Shown one piece after another: positions 27,851 through 40,429 of a stretch of 64,000 nucleotides of DNA (positions within the stretch are counted from its first letter, which is position 1; the number at the start of each line of letters is the position of its first letter). The notes beneath the pieces were generated by a model. It made no database searches. It had not been told where the DNA came from and saw only the letters and a list, made by a program, of their open reading frames with translations. Origin of the DNA: Octopus sinensis (lineage: Eukaryota). The DNA is taken from contig NC_042998.1 of NCBI RefSeq assembly GCF_006345805.1, positions 34,534,001 to 34,598,000 of the forward strand, in the 5' to 3' direction. The position numbers and the translations under genes were made by a program.

Positions 27851-28904
27851 TTTAATGATATTGGCTTAACTGAGAAGAATGAAGATCAAAGAAAACAAAA
27901 ATTGATTGATCAGAATGGTATGAAAGGGAAACAATGAATTAATTGTTGGATCAGATTTAGAATAGGGTTAGAAGTTTATGTATTCAATAAGAGAAGAAAT
28001 GGCCTTTTAGGCTTAAAAATAAATCTTCTATTTTTATAACTTTCTAACGTGACTTTTAGTGGGGAACCTTTTGTCGTCCAGGCAGACTGAGATTAAATTA
28101 AAGCAATGTATCTTACTTAGTAGCTGAACACTGGTTATAATAAGGTTTGGGTTCATAATCACATGTCCAGTTGTGCAGTATTTTTACCCCTAAGTGGACG
28201 CAGCTGACAAAAATGAGTTGTAGCTGCAATTGAAAGGGGCCAGCCTTGTCACATCCTGTATCTTGCCGAATCTCCCTGAGAACTATGTTAGGGGTATGCA
28301 TGCCTGTGGAATACTCAGCCACTTGCATGTTAATTTCATGGGCAGGTTGTTCCATTGTTCGGATCAACTGGGACCCTTGTCATTGTAACCAATGCAGAAG
28401 GAGGGGGCAACTTTTATTCCAATACCAATTTTTATTCAGTGAAGACAGAATCGGTGGAGTTGGTTTGTAAAAAGGAACCATGGAATGTCTGTCTTTTCTG
28501 TTTAACTTATTTCAGTCATTAGACTACGGCCATGAAATTGACCCACCACCCCAGTAAACTATAGAATAAGCCTGGAACTTATTCTAGTGGTCTCTTTTAC
28601 TGGACCACTAACTTACAGGGTCATAAACACAACACTTGTTATCAAGCGGTGGTTGGGGACAACAGCAGACACAGACATACACACATTCACACATACATAC
28701 ACAACAAGCTTCTTTCAGTTTCCGTCTACCAAATTCACTCACAAGGCTTTGGTTGGCCTAAGGCTATAGCAAAAGACACTTGCCCAAGGTACCACACAGT
28801 GGGACTGAACCTAGAACCGTGTACTATATAGCCATGCCTGCACCTATGCTTTTTTTTCCCCCTTTGGCAAATGTTTTAATTTCTAGACCTTTCAAACTTA
28901 CAGT

Positions 28905-29385
28905 TTAGAGATGAGGAATTATTTACATTATTTGCATTTGACGATATTTGTTCTCATCTTGTTTATTTTTAACACAATGTCTCAGCTGATATACCCTCCA
29001 GCTTTCATCAGCGGTCTTGGGGAAATTTCGAACCTGGGTTCTCATTCCTAAGGTATTTTTCGATACTATTATTATTATTATTCAGGTTACTGCTTGGAAT
29101 CGAACTCGGAATCTTGGGGTTTGTAGCCTGCGCTCTTAACCACTACAGGCATATGGTATAGTGGTTAAGATTCCAAGCTTGATTCCAGGCAGTGACCTGA
29201 GTAATGATAATAATGATGATAATAATAATAATAACATTGAAAAATACCTTAGGAATGAGAACCCAGGTTCAAAATTTCCCCAAGACACCCAATGAAGGCT
29301 GGAGGGTATATCAGCCGAAACGTTGTGTTAACAACCAACAAGATGAGGACAAATATCCATCAATTGTAAATAATGTACTTTCAAA
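28905..29385. mobile_element. Head-to-head inverted pair of Penelope 3' modules
   Basis: Minus copy 28905-29150 and plus copy 29150-29385, centred on ggcatatgg. Both carry mutated hammerhead cores. Confidence 0.7.
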
Positions 29386-30376
29386 CCTCCATTGACATAT
29401 AAAAATAGAACAAATGAAAATGAAATGAAAATTCAACAAACGAGACATTTCCAATATGGTCAATTGTCTGCATTCTTGTCACACTCTGAGCTATTGTATT
29501 GGTGAAAATCTGTGGAATGGGTAATTGATTCTTGCATTTCCTTTAAAATGCCATTTAGAACCATATTAATTACTATCCTTTTATTAATGTTGCATTGTTT
29601 ATTATTGTTATTATTGTTATTTCTAATAATTCTAGAACAAGACTTTATGATTATCTTGTCATTAATCAAAACTCCGTTGTGACTTTAGTGCAAAGGGCAC
29701 ATTTATTTACTCTTTCTGTGACCTTTTATTATTTCAAAAGTTTCTTTATAAATTCTTCTTCATCTCTCATTCAGATTATTTCTAAAAATACCTTTGGGTT
29801 TATTGCTTTCTTGAGTTTCTTTAATTACTCTCGGCTTGACTGTTTTATAATTTTACTGACGGCCGGAGTTTTAATAGTTCATGATTTGATTAAAATGAGT
29901 GTATATAACGAAGAGAAACAATAAGATATCCTCTTTTGATAGTTTCGTTTATCTCTGAACTGTATCCATGGAGTGTATAAATTTCAAATTATTCTCCATC
30001 TTCCCCTTTTGTCTGTAGAAATGCAATTGTTTGTGTTTTTGTTTTTGCTTGTCCCAAAGTTTATATTCTAAATATACAACTCTTGAGTCAGTGATTTAGA
30101 TCTTTTGCTTGTTTCAGTCATTAGGCTGTGGCCATGCTGGGGCACCACCTCAATGAATTTTAGCAAAGTGACCAACCCCAGTATCTATTTTTTTTTTAAA
30201 CCTTGTACTTGTTCTTATTGACCCTTTTTTTATGTTGAATTGCTTGGTTACAGGGAAGCAAACACACCAACACCAGTTTTCAAGTAGTGATGGGAGACGA
30301 GCACAGGCATACACACACACGTGTGTGTGTATATGTATATATATATATATAAGTAAATTAGAGATAGGTTCTCATT

Positions 30377-30459
30377 CTTTCCTGATGAGAAGATTGCATT
30401 TTATACTGTTTATTCCTTTGGAATAAAACCAATGTTGTCTTTGAAACATATGTCGAAAG
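30377..30459 (+). ncRNA. Type I minimal hammerhead ribozyme motif, near-intact
   Basis: ctttc-CTGATGA-gaagattgcatt...aatgttgtcttt-GAAAC-atat-GTC-gaaag. Stem I is ctttc/gaaag. Stem II has 11 of 12 positions paired, plus an inner tttattcc/ggaataaa hairpin. Stem III is 2 bp with palindromic ACATATGT. GUC cleavage triplet ends at 30454. Confidence 0.75.
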
Positions 30460-30679
30460 TAAAAGAATTTGAATAGCATCTGCGTTCAACTCCATTTATT
30501 TACTTATACTACACAAATTACTGTACATTAACCCGGAGTTTCTACCTTTGAATAGGTCACTTCATCCGTGTTACTTGCGTGAATTTTGCTACCCTGGTAA
30601 CTGTTTATTGAATTTTCCATGTTAACAGTAAACAAAGGATAATTCATTCATCCATTTATATATATATACATATATAAAT

Positions 30680-31050
30680 ATATATGACTGGCTTTTTCAG
30701 TTTCTGCTTACCAAATCCACTCACAAGGCTTTGGACAGTTGTAATACAGGGTGTTCAAAAAGTCTCTCTACAGTGAAGGAAGTGCCTAGAAAGTGCTCAC
30801 ACGGCAGTAAAAAAGAAATTAAATTTTATGTATTAAAAATGAAGGACAACATTTTCAACACCTTATATAGTTTTTTTAAAGTATTCTAAAGTCTAATATA
30901 TTCTTTTGTAGTCTTATAACCATCTTATAAATAATTATTTTGCAATAAAATACTTACTGTGGAGAGATTTTAGAAGACACTTGCCCAAAGTGCCACACAC
31001 CATGATTGAACCAGGAACCATGTGGTTGGAAAGCAAGCATCTTATCACAC
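30680..31050 (-). mobile_element. SINE family 1 5' half, interrupted by a mariner MITE
   Basis: ttttcagtttctgcttaccaaatccactcacaaggctt ... gaagacacttgcccaaagtgcc...aagcaagcatcttatcacacag. Confidence 0.75.
30747..30980 (+). mobile_element. MITE / internal-deletion derivative of the 48552 transposon family, inserted in a SINE
   Basis: Same left TIR, TA|cagggtgttcaaaaagtctctctacagtg. Shares internal cac.ggcagtaaaaaagaaattaaattt with about 48993. Degenerate right TIR actgtggagagatttt. Confidence 0.6.
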
Positions 31051-31979
31051 AGATACGCCTACACTTAGATGTTAAACATTTTTTTAAAAATATTTTTCCA
31101 AAACTACTGAGTTAAGCATCAATCTAGTTGAATTAATTGAAATCCAAATGATTAATATTTATTTATACTCAATATTTATTGATTTCATAAATTTTAGTTT
31201 CGAATTATTCATTGTCAATATTATATTTTGCTTCCCTTTATTGCAATGTTGACATCGCTTAGACAAGATATTGCTATGGCTATAATCTATAACAAATCAC
31301 AATAAAGCAGTCTATATATATCTGATCTAATTGCCTTTATTTTGTTCAAGCTTACATTGATTTGTCAAATAGTTCAGATTGTTGCATCGCATTCTCCACC
31401 CAACCAATATTAATTCGTTTAAAATAATTAGTATACATTTAATTTAAACATAAAACATTATTTCCAGTAAAACACACAATGTCTACAATTTATGTATAAT
31501 ATATACACCCCTCATGTTTAAAAATATTAAAAGTGTTTTTTTTATTTTCATTTTTATAATATTTTTATTGGAAAACTTACAACAGAGGTTTATTGGAAAC
31601 AGTATTCTTCTGTGACTGCTCTTCATAGAATTTACTTAAGTGGATATTTCTATAATCATCATCATCATCATCAATGTCTGTTTTCCATGCTGGCGTGGGT
31701 TGGACATTTTGACAGGAGCTGGCAAGACCAGGAGCCATGCCAGGCTCTGTGGTCTGTTTTCGCTTGGTTACTATGGCTGGATGCCCTTCCTAATGCCAAC
31801 CAGAGTGTATTAGATGCATTATACATGGAACCATCATCAGTGCTTCTTATGTGGCACCAGTACCGTATATTTTTAGACTGTTAATTGCAGATTTATGCAA
31901 TTAATTCAGAAGTTTTTTTTCTTTTTTTTGCAACATATATAAATAAATGATTATAACTGTTTTTTTTCTTCTTCTTCAG

Positions 31980-32028
31980 GTATAAAGGATTTATGAAAGA
32001 TTGCCCAGATGGCAAGCTGACGTTAGAG
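31980..32028 (+). CDS. Internal 49-nt coding exon of a neuronal calcium sensor family gene (EF-hand 1 region); subfamily unresolved
   Basis: Acceptor ttataactgttttttttcttcttcttcAG (branch-like ataac plus long pyrimidine tract) and donor GAG|GTAAGA. Phase 2 start, phase 0 end. Translation (TG|G=W) Y K G F M K D C P D G K L T L E matches the family hallmark WYKGFxxDCPxGxL, including the Cys-Pro that disables EF-1. Confidence 0.9.
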
Positions 32029-32394
32029 GTAAGATGTTCTAATTCATAAACTCCAATCCATTTGGATTACTAAATCTTTATTTGACTGCAATTTGCTTCA
32101 TTTTTTAACAATATTCTTTAAAAGTACATATTTTAAAATATTCTTTGTATTTCCTTTCATTCTTGTCAATAGAATTCAATCACTTCCATTCTTTTCATGG
32201 GGGTTAGGGTCAGGGTTAGGCAGAATTCCACAATGTTGTTTCAATGACATATTAATGGTTGCAAGACATCTCATAAAATATATCCATTACTGGCTCATAA
32301 CATTGTACAAGAGAAAAGAAACAAGGCAGTTTAAAATAACAAACCATTTATTATGTTATTTATATTATTTACATTTGTATTTATATTATTTACA

Positions 32395-32985
32395 TCTTGT
32401 TTGTTGTTAACACAACTTTTCGGCTGATATAACCTAAGCCTGAGTTCTCATTCCTAAGGTATTTTTCAATGTTATTATTATTATTAAGGTCACTGCCTGG
32501 AATCAAACTCAGAATCTTGGTGTTAGTAGCCCGCACTCTTAACCACTACACCATATGCCCGTGGGCAATTATGGAATGAATTTTAGGGCTTATAAATCTA
32601 ATATTCTCCTATCCTTCCTTAATACCGGTTCCCATATGTTATTCATATCTGCACTCGGTCTGCTTAGGAAGTTGTTGTGTCCTAACATATATGCTGCTTC
32701 TTTTAGTTCTCGTATTTTCCATTGGTGTTCTCTGTCTATTATTTTAACTTCATCCCACAGGGGGAGGTGGTCTCCATTTTTCCATACATGATCAGCTATA
32801 CCTGATTTACCAATACCTCCTCGTGTCACAGCTTTGCGATGTTCCTCTACCCTTATTTTGAGGGGCAGCATGTTTCACCTTTGTATGACCTACCAAAGCT
32901 GCAAACAAGATGAGGACAAATATCCAGCAAATGTAAATAACATAAATAATGTACATAATTCCTCATCTCTTAAATATAGAAAAGC
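32395..32985 (-). mobile_element. 5'-truncated Penelope-like retroelement: GIY-YIG endonuclease C-terminus, 3' UTR with tRNA-like segment and broken hammerhead, and an inverted terminal-repeat piece at 32900-32985
   Basis: ORF 32590-32871 (LKIRVEEHRKAV...KSGIADHVW...WDEVKIIDREHQWKIRELKEA) is a typical PLE GIY-YIG tail. It runs directly into the gtagtggttaagagtgcgggctactaac module. An inverted copy of the repeat end sits at the 5' junction, the pLTR-like PLE hallmark. Confidence 0.8.
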
Positions 32986-33439
32986 ATTTAGTATTGTAAA
33001 ACATTATTTATTGAAATCTATCATCTACATAGAAGAGCTTGCTAATGGTTTTTTTTATAATCATTTGTAGCAAATGGAGGATTTTGTAGTTGAAGACTAG
33101 TGTTACAGATTGGTAGGAATATTGTGATACCATTCCCATAATAGTATTTATTATTATTTACTAAACACTAAACACAACAGTAAAATTTAATTTACTGCTG
33201 CCTACACTCTGAAATTAGAATAGCATTTTATGACTTGAAACTTGCAGTTTTGTTATAAAAATACATGTTTTTATCATATTTAGAGTCGGTTCTTCTCTGT
33301 ATAAACAACATTTCTATTTTGTTCTGTCTTAAAAATTTGTGGTTTGTGTTTTTGTGGGTTTTCACTTATAGCATACTTCATACTCACCTTTTAAACAAAT
33401 TGACATCAAAAGTATTTTAAATCTATCTATTAATCATGC

Positions 33440-33720
33440 ACCATTCAAGTGTCATCATTCATCATTGTTTGACCGTGGTCGAGACAATGGTGTTTGCTAT
33501 GTTACGCCAGACTTCAAGGTCCATCATAGCATTACTGAGGTCCTGTTGCTGGATGCCTGTATCCCTGGAGATTACATCAAGGTAGGAGAGTGTGCGCCCT
33601 CTGGTATCGCGAGCAGATGGCTTCCAGAGGAGAAAAGTAGAAATTACCTCGTTTTCAGCTCTACAAGAATGTCCAGCAAACTGGACTCTTCTACCTTTCA
33701 TAAGAGATGATACAGGTGGT
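33440..33720 (-). mobile_element. RTE-like LINE 3' fragment
   Basis: RRVQFAGHSCRAENEVISTFLLW...SYLDVISRDTG...AMMDLEVWR, followed by a short (ATGA)n-like tail. Homologous to 55010-55410. Confidence 0.7.
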
Positions 33721-33935
33721 AATTTTCCATATATTTGTACATTGGTTGGATGCCGAAATAGGTAATTTTGTGAGAAATATCCCTCATGAGTTTGGGCTTT
33801 TTGTTTTCCTTTTAGCTAGAAAACTTTAATGTAAATATAGACCGAGTCACTACCAATGCCTGTCGCTCAAAATAATGAGTTCTTAACCATCCTTTTATGT
33901 TTTACAGTTCAGTTTCCGGCTGGTACTTTACTTAC

Positions 33936-34012
33936 TTTCTTTTATTTCTTTGTGTATTTTCTTCTGGTCCTGACTAGTCTTTGTATTTCTTGAATGTAAT
34001 ACACTTAGCTGT
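33936..34012 (-). CDS. Candidate 77-nt exon of an unidentified minus-strand gene
   Basis: Acceptor cttttctattattacAG, donor GTAAGT, one open frame (QLSVLHSRNTKTSQDQKKIHKEIKE). No homology recognised. Confidence 0.3.
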
Positions 34013-34199
34013 CTGTAATAATAGAAAAGGCTAAGCAGGAGAAGATTGTTATTAAAATGAGAGATAGAAACAATCTGAGAACAAAACCAGTTCCTCAACT
34101 CTGCTGTGTGGCCTTGATTTAGGTCATTCACAGAGAAACACGGCAGAAAAACAGAAACTATGGGTTGTTTTATATCGTTAATATTTATGATATTAAAGA

Positions 34200-34850
34200 A
34201 GGGCAAGTCAGCAAGCCGGCAAAAACGTTGGCACGCCAGGTGAAATGCTTAGCGGGTATTTTGTCTGTCTTTACTTTCTGAGTTCAAATTCCGCTGAGGT
34301 CGACTTTGCCTTTCATCCTTTCATGATCAATAAATTAAGTACCAGTTACATACTGGGGTTGATCTAATTAACTGTCCCCCTCCCCCAAAATTTTGGGCCT
34401 TGTGCCCAGTGTAGAAATGATTCTTAAAAAGGCGGCGAGTTGGCAAAATGTTAGCACCACGCCAGGTGAAATGTTTAGCAGCATTTCATCCGTCTTTATG
34501 TTCTGAGTTCAAATTCTGCTGAGGTCGACTTTGCCTTTCATCCTTTCAGGGTTGACAAATTAAGTACCAGTTACGTACTGGGGTCAATCTAATTGACTGG
34601 CCCCCTCCTCCAAAATTTCAGGCCTTGTGCCTAGAGTAGAAAAAAATATTAAAAGCAGCAAGCTGGCAGAAATGTTAGCACGCCAGGCAAAATGCTTAGC
34701 AGTATTTCGTCTGTTTTTACGTTCTGAGATCAAATTCCATAGGGGACAACTTTGCCTTTCATCGTTTCAGGATCAATACAATAAGTACCAGTTAAGCACT
34801 GGGTGGTGGTGGTGGTGGGCAATGTAATCAACTTAACACCTCTGGCCTTG
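34200..34850 (+). mobile_element. Three tandem SINE family 2 copies
   Basis: Heads at about 34215, 34430 and 34655, with the same core. Confidence 0.8.
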
Positions 34851-35215
34851 TGCCAGAATTTGAAACCAATCGCTTCCCAACCACCAAGTTTTGGGTTCAG
34901 TCCCACTGCATGGCACCTTAGGCAAGTGTCTTCTACTATAGCCCCAGGCCGACTAAAGCCTTGTGCGTGGATTTGGTAGACAGAAACTGAAAGAAGCCCG
35001 TGTGTTTGTGTGTCTATGTTTGTACCCCCACCATTGCTTGACAACCAGTGTTGGTGTGTTTACATCCCCCTGTAACTTAGCAGTTCGGCAAAAGACACCT
35101 ATAGAATAAGTACTAGGCTTACAAAGATTAAGTCCTGGGGTCAATTTGTTTGACTAAAGGCGGTACTCCTGCAAGGTCACAGTCAAAATGACTGAAACAA
35201 ATAAAAGAGTAAAAG
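34850..35215 (+). mobile_element. SINE family 1 copy
   Basis: Matches the family consensus from ttcccaaccacc to gactgaaacaaataaaagag. Confidence 0.8.
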
Positions 35216-35354
35216 AGTTTAAAGAATTTAATTTTGGTTGAGTTCTTTTGACAGATTATAAAATATGAAGATCATCACCATCGCCATCATCATCATATCG
35301 TTACCAAAATCCTCAGAAGTCTCTTACTCTTCCTCTACTCACAGAATCTAATAC

Positions 35355-35710
35355 TCTTTTACTTGTTTCAGTCATTTCACTGCAGCCATGCTGGAGCCCC
35401 ACCCTTAGTCTAACAAATCGACCCCAGGACTTATTCTAAGCCTAGTACCTATTCTATCGGTCTCTTTTGCCGAACCACTAAGTTACGGAGATGTAAACAC
35501 ACCAACATCAGTTGTCAAGCAAGAGTGGCAGGGGGACAAACACACACACAGACATAAACATATATATGACGGGCTTCTTTCAGTTTCTGTCTATTAAATC
35601 CACTCACAAGGCTTTGGTTGGTCCAAGGCTAGAGTGGAACGCAGTGGGACTGAACCCAGAACTATGTGGTTGGTAAGCAAGCTACTTACCACACAACCAC
35701 TCATGTGCCT
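35355..35710 (-). mobile_element. SINE family 1 copy, inverted relative to its neighbours
   Basis: Reverse complement of the family consensus. Confidence 0.8.
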
Positions 35711-35949
35711 AATGTATTTTAAAGGGTGAAAATGAAACATTGCTGTCACAAGCCCTACTCTGGGGCACAACATGACAGCTTTAATAAGATTTGAACTTAC
35801 TTAATGAAATTGTTAACTATTTTGGTGGAAAAATGACCATGTGGGAGTATTTTTGAATTTATGATGCAGTGAAATGGTCAGCCTGACAAATTGTAAGCAC
35901 TGCAAATTTTTGGAATTGGAGAAACTTCTTGAAATGAATTTGCCTGTAA

Positions 35950-36330
35950 TAGGCACAGACGTGGCTGTGTGGTAAGAAGTTTGCTTCCCAGCCACATGGT
36001 TCAGGGTTCATTCTCCCTGCATGGCACCTTGGGCAAGTGTCTGCTGTCATAGCCTCGGGCTGACCAAAGCCTTGCGATTGGATTTGGTAGATGGAAACTG
36101 AAAGACGCCTATCACATATGTGTATATATCTATGTGTGTCATTGTGTCTGTCCCCCCTTCCTCCACCACTGTTCAACAACCAGTGCTGGTACATTTACAT
36201 TCCCATAACTTAGCAGCTCAGCAAAAGAGACATGCTTCAGAAGAATAAGTACTGGGGTTGATTCAGCTAAAATTCCTCCAGGCAGTGCTCCAGCCTGGCC
36301 GCAGTGTAATGACTGAAACTAGGAAACAAT
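35950..36330 (+). mobile_element. SINE family 1 copy
   Basis: aggcacagacgtggctgtgtggtaagaag ... gactgaaact. Confidence 0.8.
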
Positions 36331-36429
36331 AAAGACAACCGAAATAAACATGGTGAACCGGCCCCTAAATTTGTACTAAATCTCTAAATTGACCCTTAAT
36401 TTAATCTACAGCAGATTACACAGTACATG

Positions 36430-37095
36430 CTTCTGTGGCCTATGCCAGAAGCGTAACCAGCCCGCTTATGCGTACCCTTTCCCTTCTTTGGTCACTAAAC
36501 TCTGCTTGCGAAGACCTGTTGAGACAAGTGAAATCAAAATCAAATTCGACCACTGGCATCCGTGCTAGCGGGGTGCAAAGAGCACCAAAAGAGCACCATA
36601 TGAGGGTGATCGTTGACAGAGCAGCTAACCAGCTTCCGTGCCAGTGGCACATAAAAGGGCACCATTCGAGTGTGATTGTTACCAGTGTCACCTTACTGGC
36701 ACTTGTGCCCGTGCTAGTAGGGTTCCAAGAGCACCATCCAAGCGTGATCGTTACCAGAGCAGCCAACTGGCTCCATGCTGGTGGCACGTAAAAGGGCACC
36801 ATTCGAGTGTGATCATTACCAATGTCACCTTACTGGCACCTGTGCCGGTGGCATGTGTAAAAGATTCGAGCGAGGTCATTGCCAGTACTGCCTGACTGGC
36901 CCCCGTGCCGGTGGCATGTAAAAAGCACCCACTACACTCTTGGAGTAGTTAGCGTTAGGAAGGGCATCCAGCTGTAGAAACTCTGCCAGATCAAGATTGG
37001 AGCCTGGTGCAGTCATCTGGTTTGCTAATCCTCAGTCAAATCGTCCAACCCATGCTAGCATGGAAGTCAGACGTTAAACGATGACAATGATGATG
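36430..37095 (+). mobile_element. RTE 3'-UTR-type element, representative of about 19 copies ending in (GAT)n
   Basis: gaagacctgttgagacaagtgaaatcaaaatc, ggcacataaaagggcacc subrepeats, and the ggaagggcatccagctgtagaaac...catggaa...gacgttaaacgatga tail. Confidence 0.75.
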
Positions 37096-38389
37096 CTTCT
37101 CTGAGGAAGACAAACTTAATAAGATTAACAGTTAATGAAACAAGAATAGGAAGCGTATTTGTCCACTTGGAAGTCGATGAAAGACATATGCCATGATTTT
37201 GGTTGGCGTTTGTATTTCATGATGTTGAAAGCTTTAGTAATTTAGCATCCTGTTAGCACATCTCTCATTGTTGTTATTGCAATTAATTTGTTCCTTATTC
37301 CAAAACTCTTAATGAGGATTAGCTTGTAATTCAAGCCTCATTTTTGTTGCAATGGTTTTATTTCTCTTTTATTTCAGCGTGAAAGACAAATTGGATTTGA
37401 TAATTTGATATGCTAACAGATATTAATTATCTCCCCCTTTCATTGTTATTGTTAACACGTTCTTGCTTTCCACAGCTGAATTCATTGATAGATATACATC
37501 TTTCTCACATGAGAACCAGTATTTATAACATTACTAACCCTTGACCTCAATCTTTTAATTATTGTTATTTTATCACTGCCTGACAATTACCTGCACAGCA
37601 GAAGGTAATCTTCTTTCCGTTCGTTCGAACAACTTTATTAACTGGTTTCAATTCTTTATTATCGTGTGTGTATGTGTGTCCGTGCCTCTCTGCCTATGTG
37701 TAACCCTGGTTTCAAACCTGCTGTCGTTGTTTCTGTCACTTCTCATTGCATCTTGTAAATTATTGGTTTGACGAATAGAGTGTAATAAAATAAGTGCCAG
37801 GCTGAAATAAGTATTGGGGGGGGGGGTGATATGATCCATCATCATCATCCTCATCATCATCATATGTCCATTTTCCATACAGGCATGGGTTGGACAGTTT
37901 GACAGGAGGAGCTAGCAAGGCCAGGAGCCATACTTGGTACTGTTGTCTGTTTTGGCATGGTCTTTACAGCTGGATGCCTTTCCTGGTGCCAACCGCTTTA
38001 CAGAGTGTACTGGGTGCTTTGAATGTGATACTGGCACAGGTGCCTTTTTACATAGCACCATCTGACAAATAGAGTTTTCCTGAAACACTATGAAATTATT
38101 TGTAAAATGTAATTCAGACGGTAATTAAATGGAGGAAGCAAACCAAAATCAGTCGATAGAATAAAGAACACCTAAAACACTCGAGGAATAAACATTTTAG
38201 TAACAACAACAATAATAATAGTAATAATAATAATAAATATACTTCTGATAAAGATCTGAAATTAGCCATGGGGTATGGTTGAACACAATCTATACATAAT
38301 TTCTCTGAGCAGTTGAGACTCTTAAAAATTTTAATTTGTCGATACTAATTGGAGTATGTTTTACATTTATTTTGTTATTTTTCTCTTCG

Positions 38390-38765
38390 GTAGGCACAGG
38401 AGTGGCTGTGTGGTGTGTAGCTTGCTTATCAACCACATGGTTCTGGGTTCATTCCCACTCCATGGCACCTTGGGCAAGTGTCTTCTACTATAGCCTTGTG
38501 AGTGGATTTGGTAGACGGAAACTGAAAGAAGCCTGTCATTTATATGTGTATATATATATGTATATATGTATGTGTGTGTATATGTTTGTGTGTCTGTGTT
38601 TGTCCTGCCAACATCGCTTGACAACCAGTGTTGGTGTATTTACGTCCCTGTAACTTAGCGGTTTGGCAAAAGAGACCGATAGAATAAGTACTAGGGTTAC
38701 AAAGAATAAGTCCTGGGGTCAATTTGCTCAACTAAAGGCGGTGCTCCGAAACAAGTAAAAGAGTA
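38390..38765 (+). mobile_element. SINE family 1 copy
   Basis: aggcacaggagtggctgtgtgg ... gaaacaagtaaaagag. Confidence 0.8.
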
Positions 38766-40429
38766 CTTCAGCAAGTTTGCTTATGTCTATATTCTGCTGA
38801 AGAAGTCTAATGATAATCAAAAGTTGCCTCCCATATTCGTGAAGATAATTTAAATAATATTAATCAATGACTAATGTCATTTTTTCCTTATTGTATAGTT
38901 AATTCTTGTTAACTTTTTAATGCTCTCTGCATAATCATATCAATATTAACCCAACTTCCACAGAGGTCAACTTTGCCTTTCATTCTTTCGGGGTCGATTA
39001 AATAAGTACCAGTTACACACTGGCGTTGATGTAATTGAATTAAACCACTTATCTGTCCTTGTTTGTCCCCTCTGTGTCCCTTCTATGCCCCCTGTGGGCA
39101 ATAAAGAAACAAATATTAACCCAACACATTCTAAGTCTACCTGGCAAGTTGTAGAATATGCCAGGTAAAATTCATGTTTTATGATAGTGACCCCGTTTTG
39201 AACAACTCTGACAGGCCTTCTTTTCTTTTGTTTAATGTGTTTTCACTTCTCAGGACACTAAGAAAAAATCTATGTAAAAATCTGTTTTCGTTTTTCAATC
39301 TAATTTTTGAATGAGCCCTAAAAACTAAGTCATATTTATCATAAAGTATTGACTTTTTTCTTTTATATTTTATTAAAATAAATTTCTCTGTCTTCACTGC
39401 CATTTTTGCTATAAATGACACCAGAAATTCAAAATGTCTAAGCTATCTATAGTAAAAGTAAAACATTTTTTTACTCAGTATTTTCAATATCCTGAGCCAA
39501 AAAAATCACCAAGCTGTCTTTGGAATTGATTTTTCTTACTGTTGCGTAGCTCCAGATTAATGTCATGTAGGAAGCCAACAGAACATCTCGATGTAACCAG
39601 ATCAACTATACAATTACATAGCTGAGGGCCATACTGCATACATGCTGGCATACAGTGGATTGTTTTGTGATGTGCTGTCTGATAGCCTGAACTGATGCTC
39701 TTTCCACTGTTTATTTCTGTGTCTCTAGATTATATTACAGATCATAGCAGAAATAGTCAAAGTGTTCATATACATACATACACTTATGTGTGTGTGTGTT
39801 GCATTTTCTTGCCACAGTTCATGTCAGTCCAGTATTAAGGAACATGCATACACACTTAGAATTTTAGTATTATATATGTGGGTGTTTGTGGGTGATACTA
39901 AAATTCTGTGTGTTTATTCCTTAATTTTAGACCAAGCTATGAATTGTTGCAGGAAAATATTTTTGATTTATGCTACCTTAGACATGTGTCCGTATTAGAA
40001 AAAAACTCCAAAAACACTCAAGTACATCTGACTTTTATAAACCCCAAAATAACAGGGTTTTTTTTTTTTTTCATTATTATATAAACATGTTCAGAAAAAT
40101 TTATTCTGAGTGTGATGACAAAAAAAATGAAAAGAACACGTTGACCTCCACCCATGAATAGACACAAGGTTGAGACAGACAGTCATACATAACAAATGAA
40201 TGTACCTGAAAATACACACAAACGCATGCATAAATACACACATATATACACAAACACACATACATACACATTCACACACTTTTCAACAATGTGTGCTTTT
40301 AGTGAGTGAAGAAGGAACATCTGTCTTGGTCTTTTCTTCTTTTATTCTTTTACTTGTTTCAGTCATTTGAATGTGGCCATGCTGGAACACCACCTTTAGT
40401 TGATCAAATCGACCCTGGGACTTATTTTG

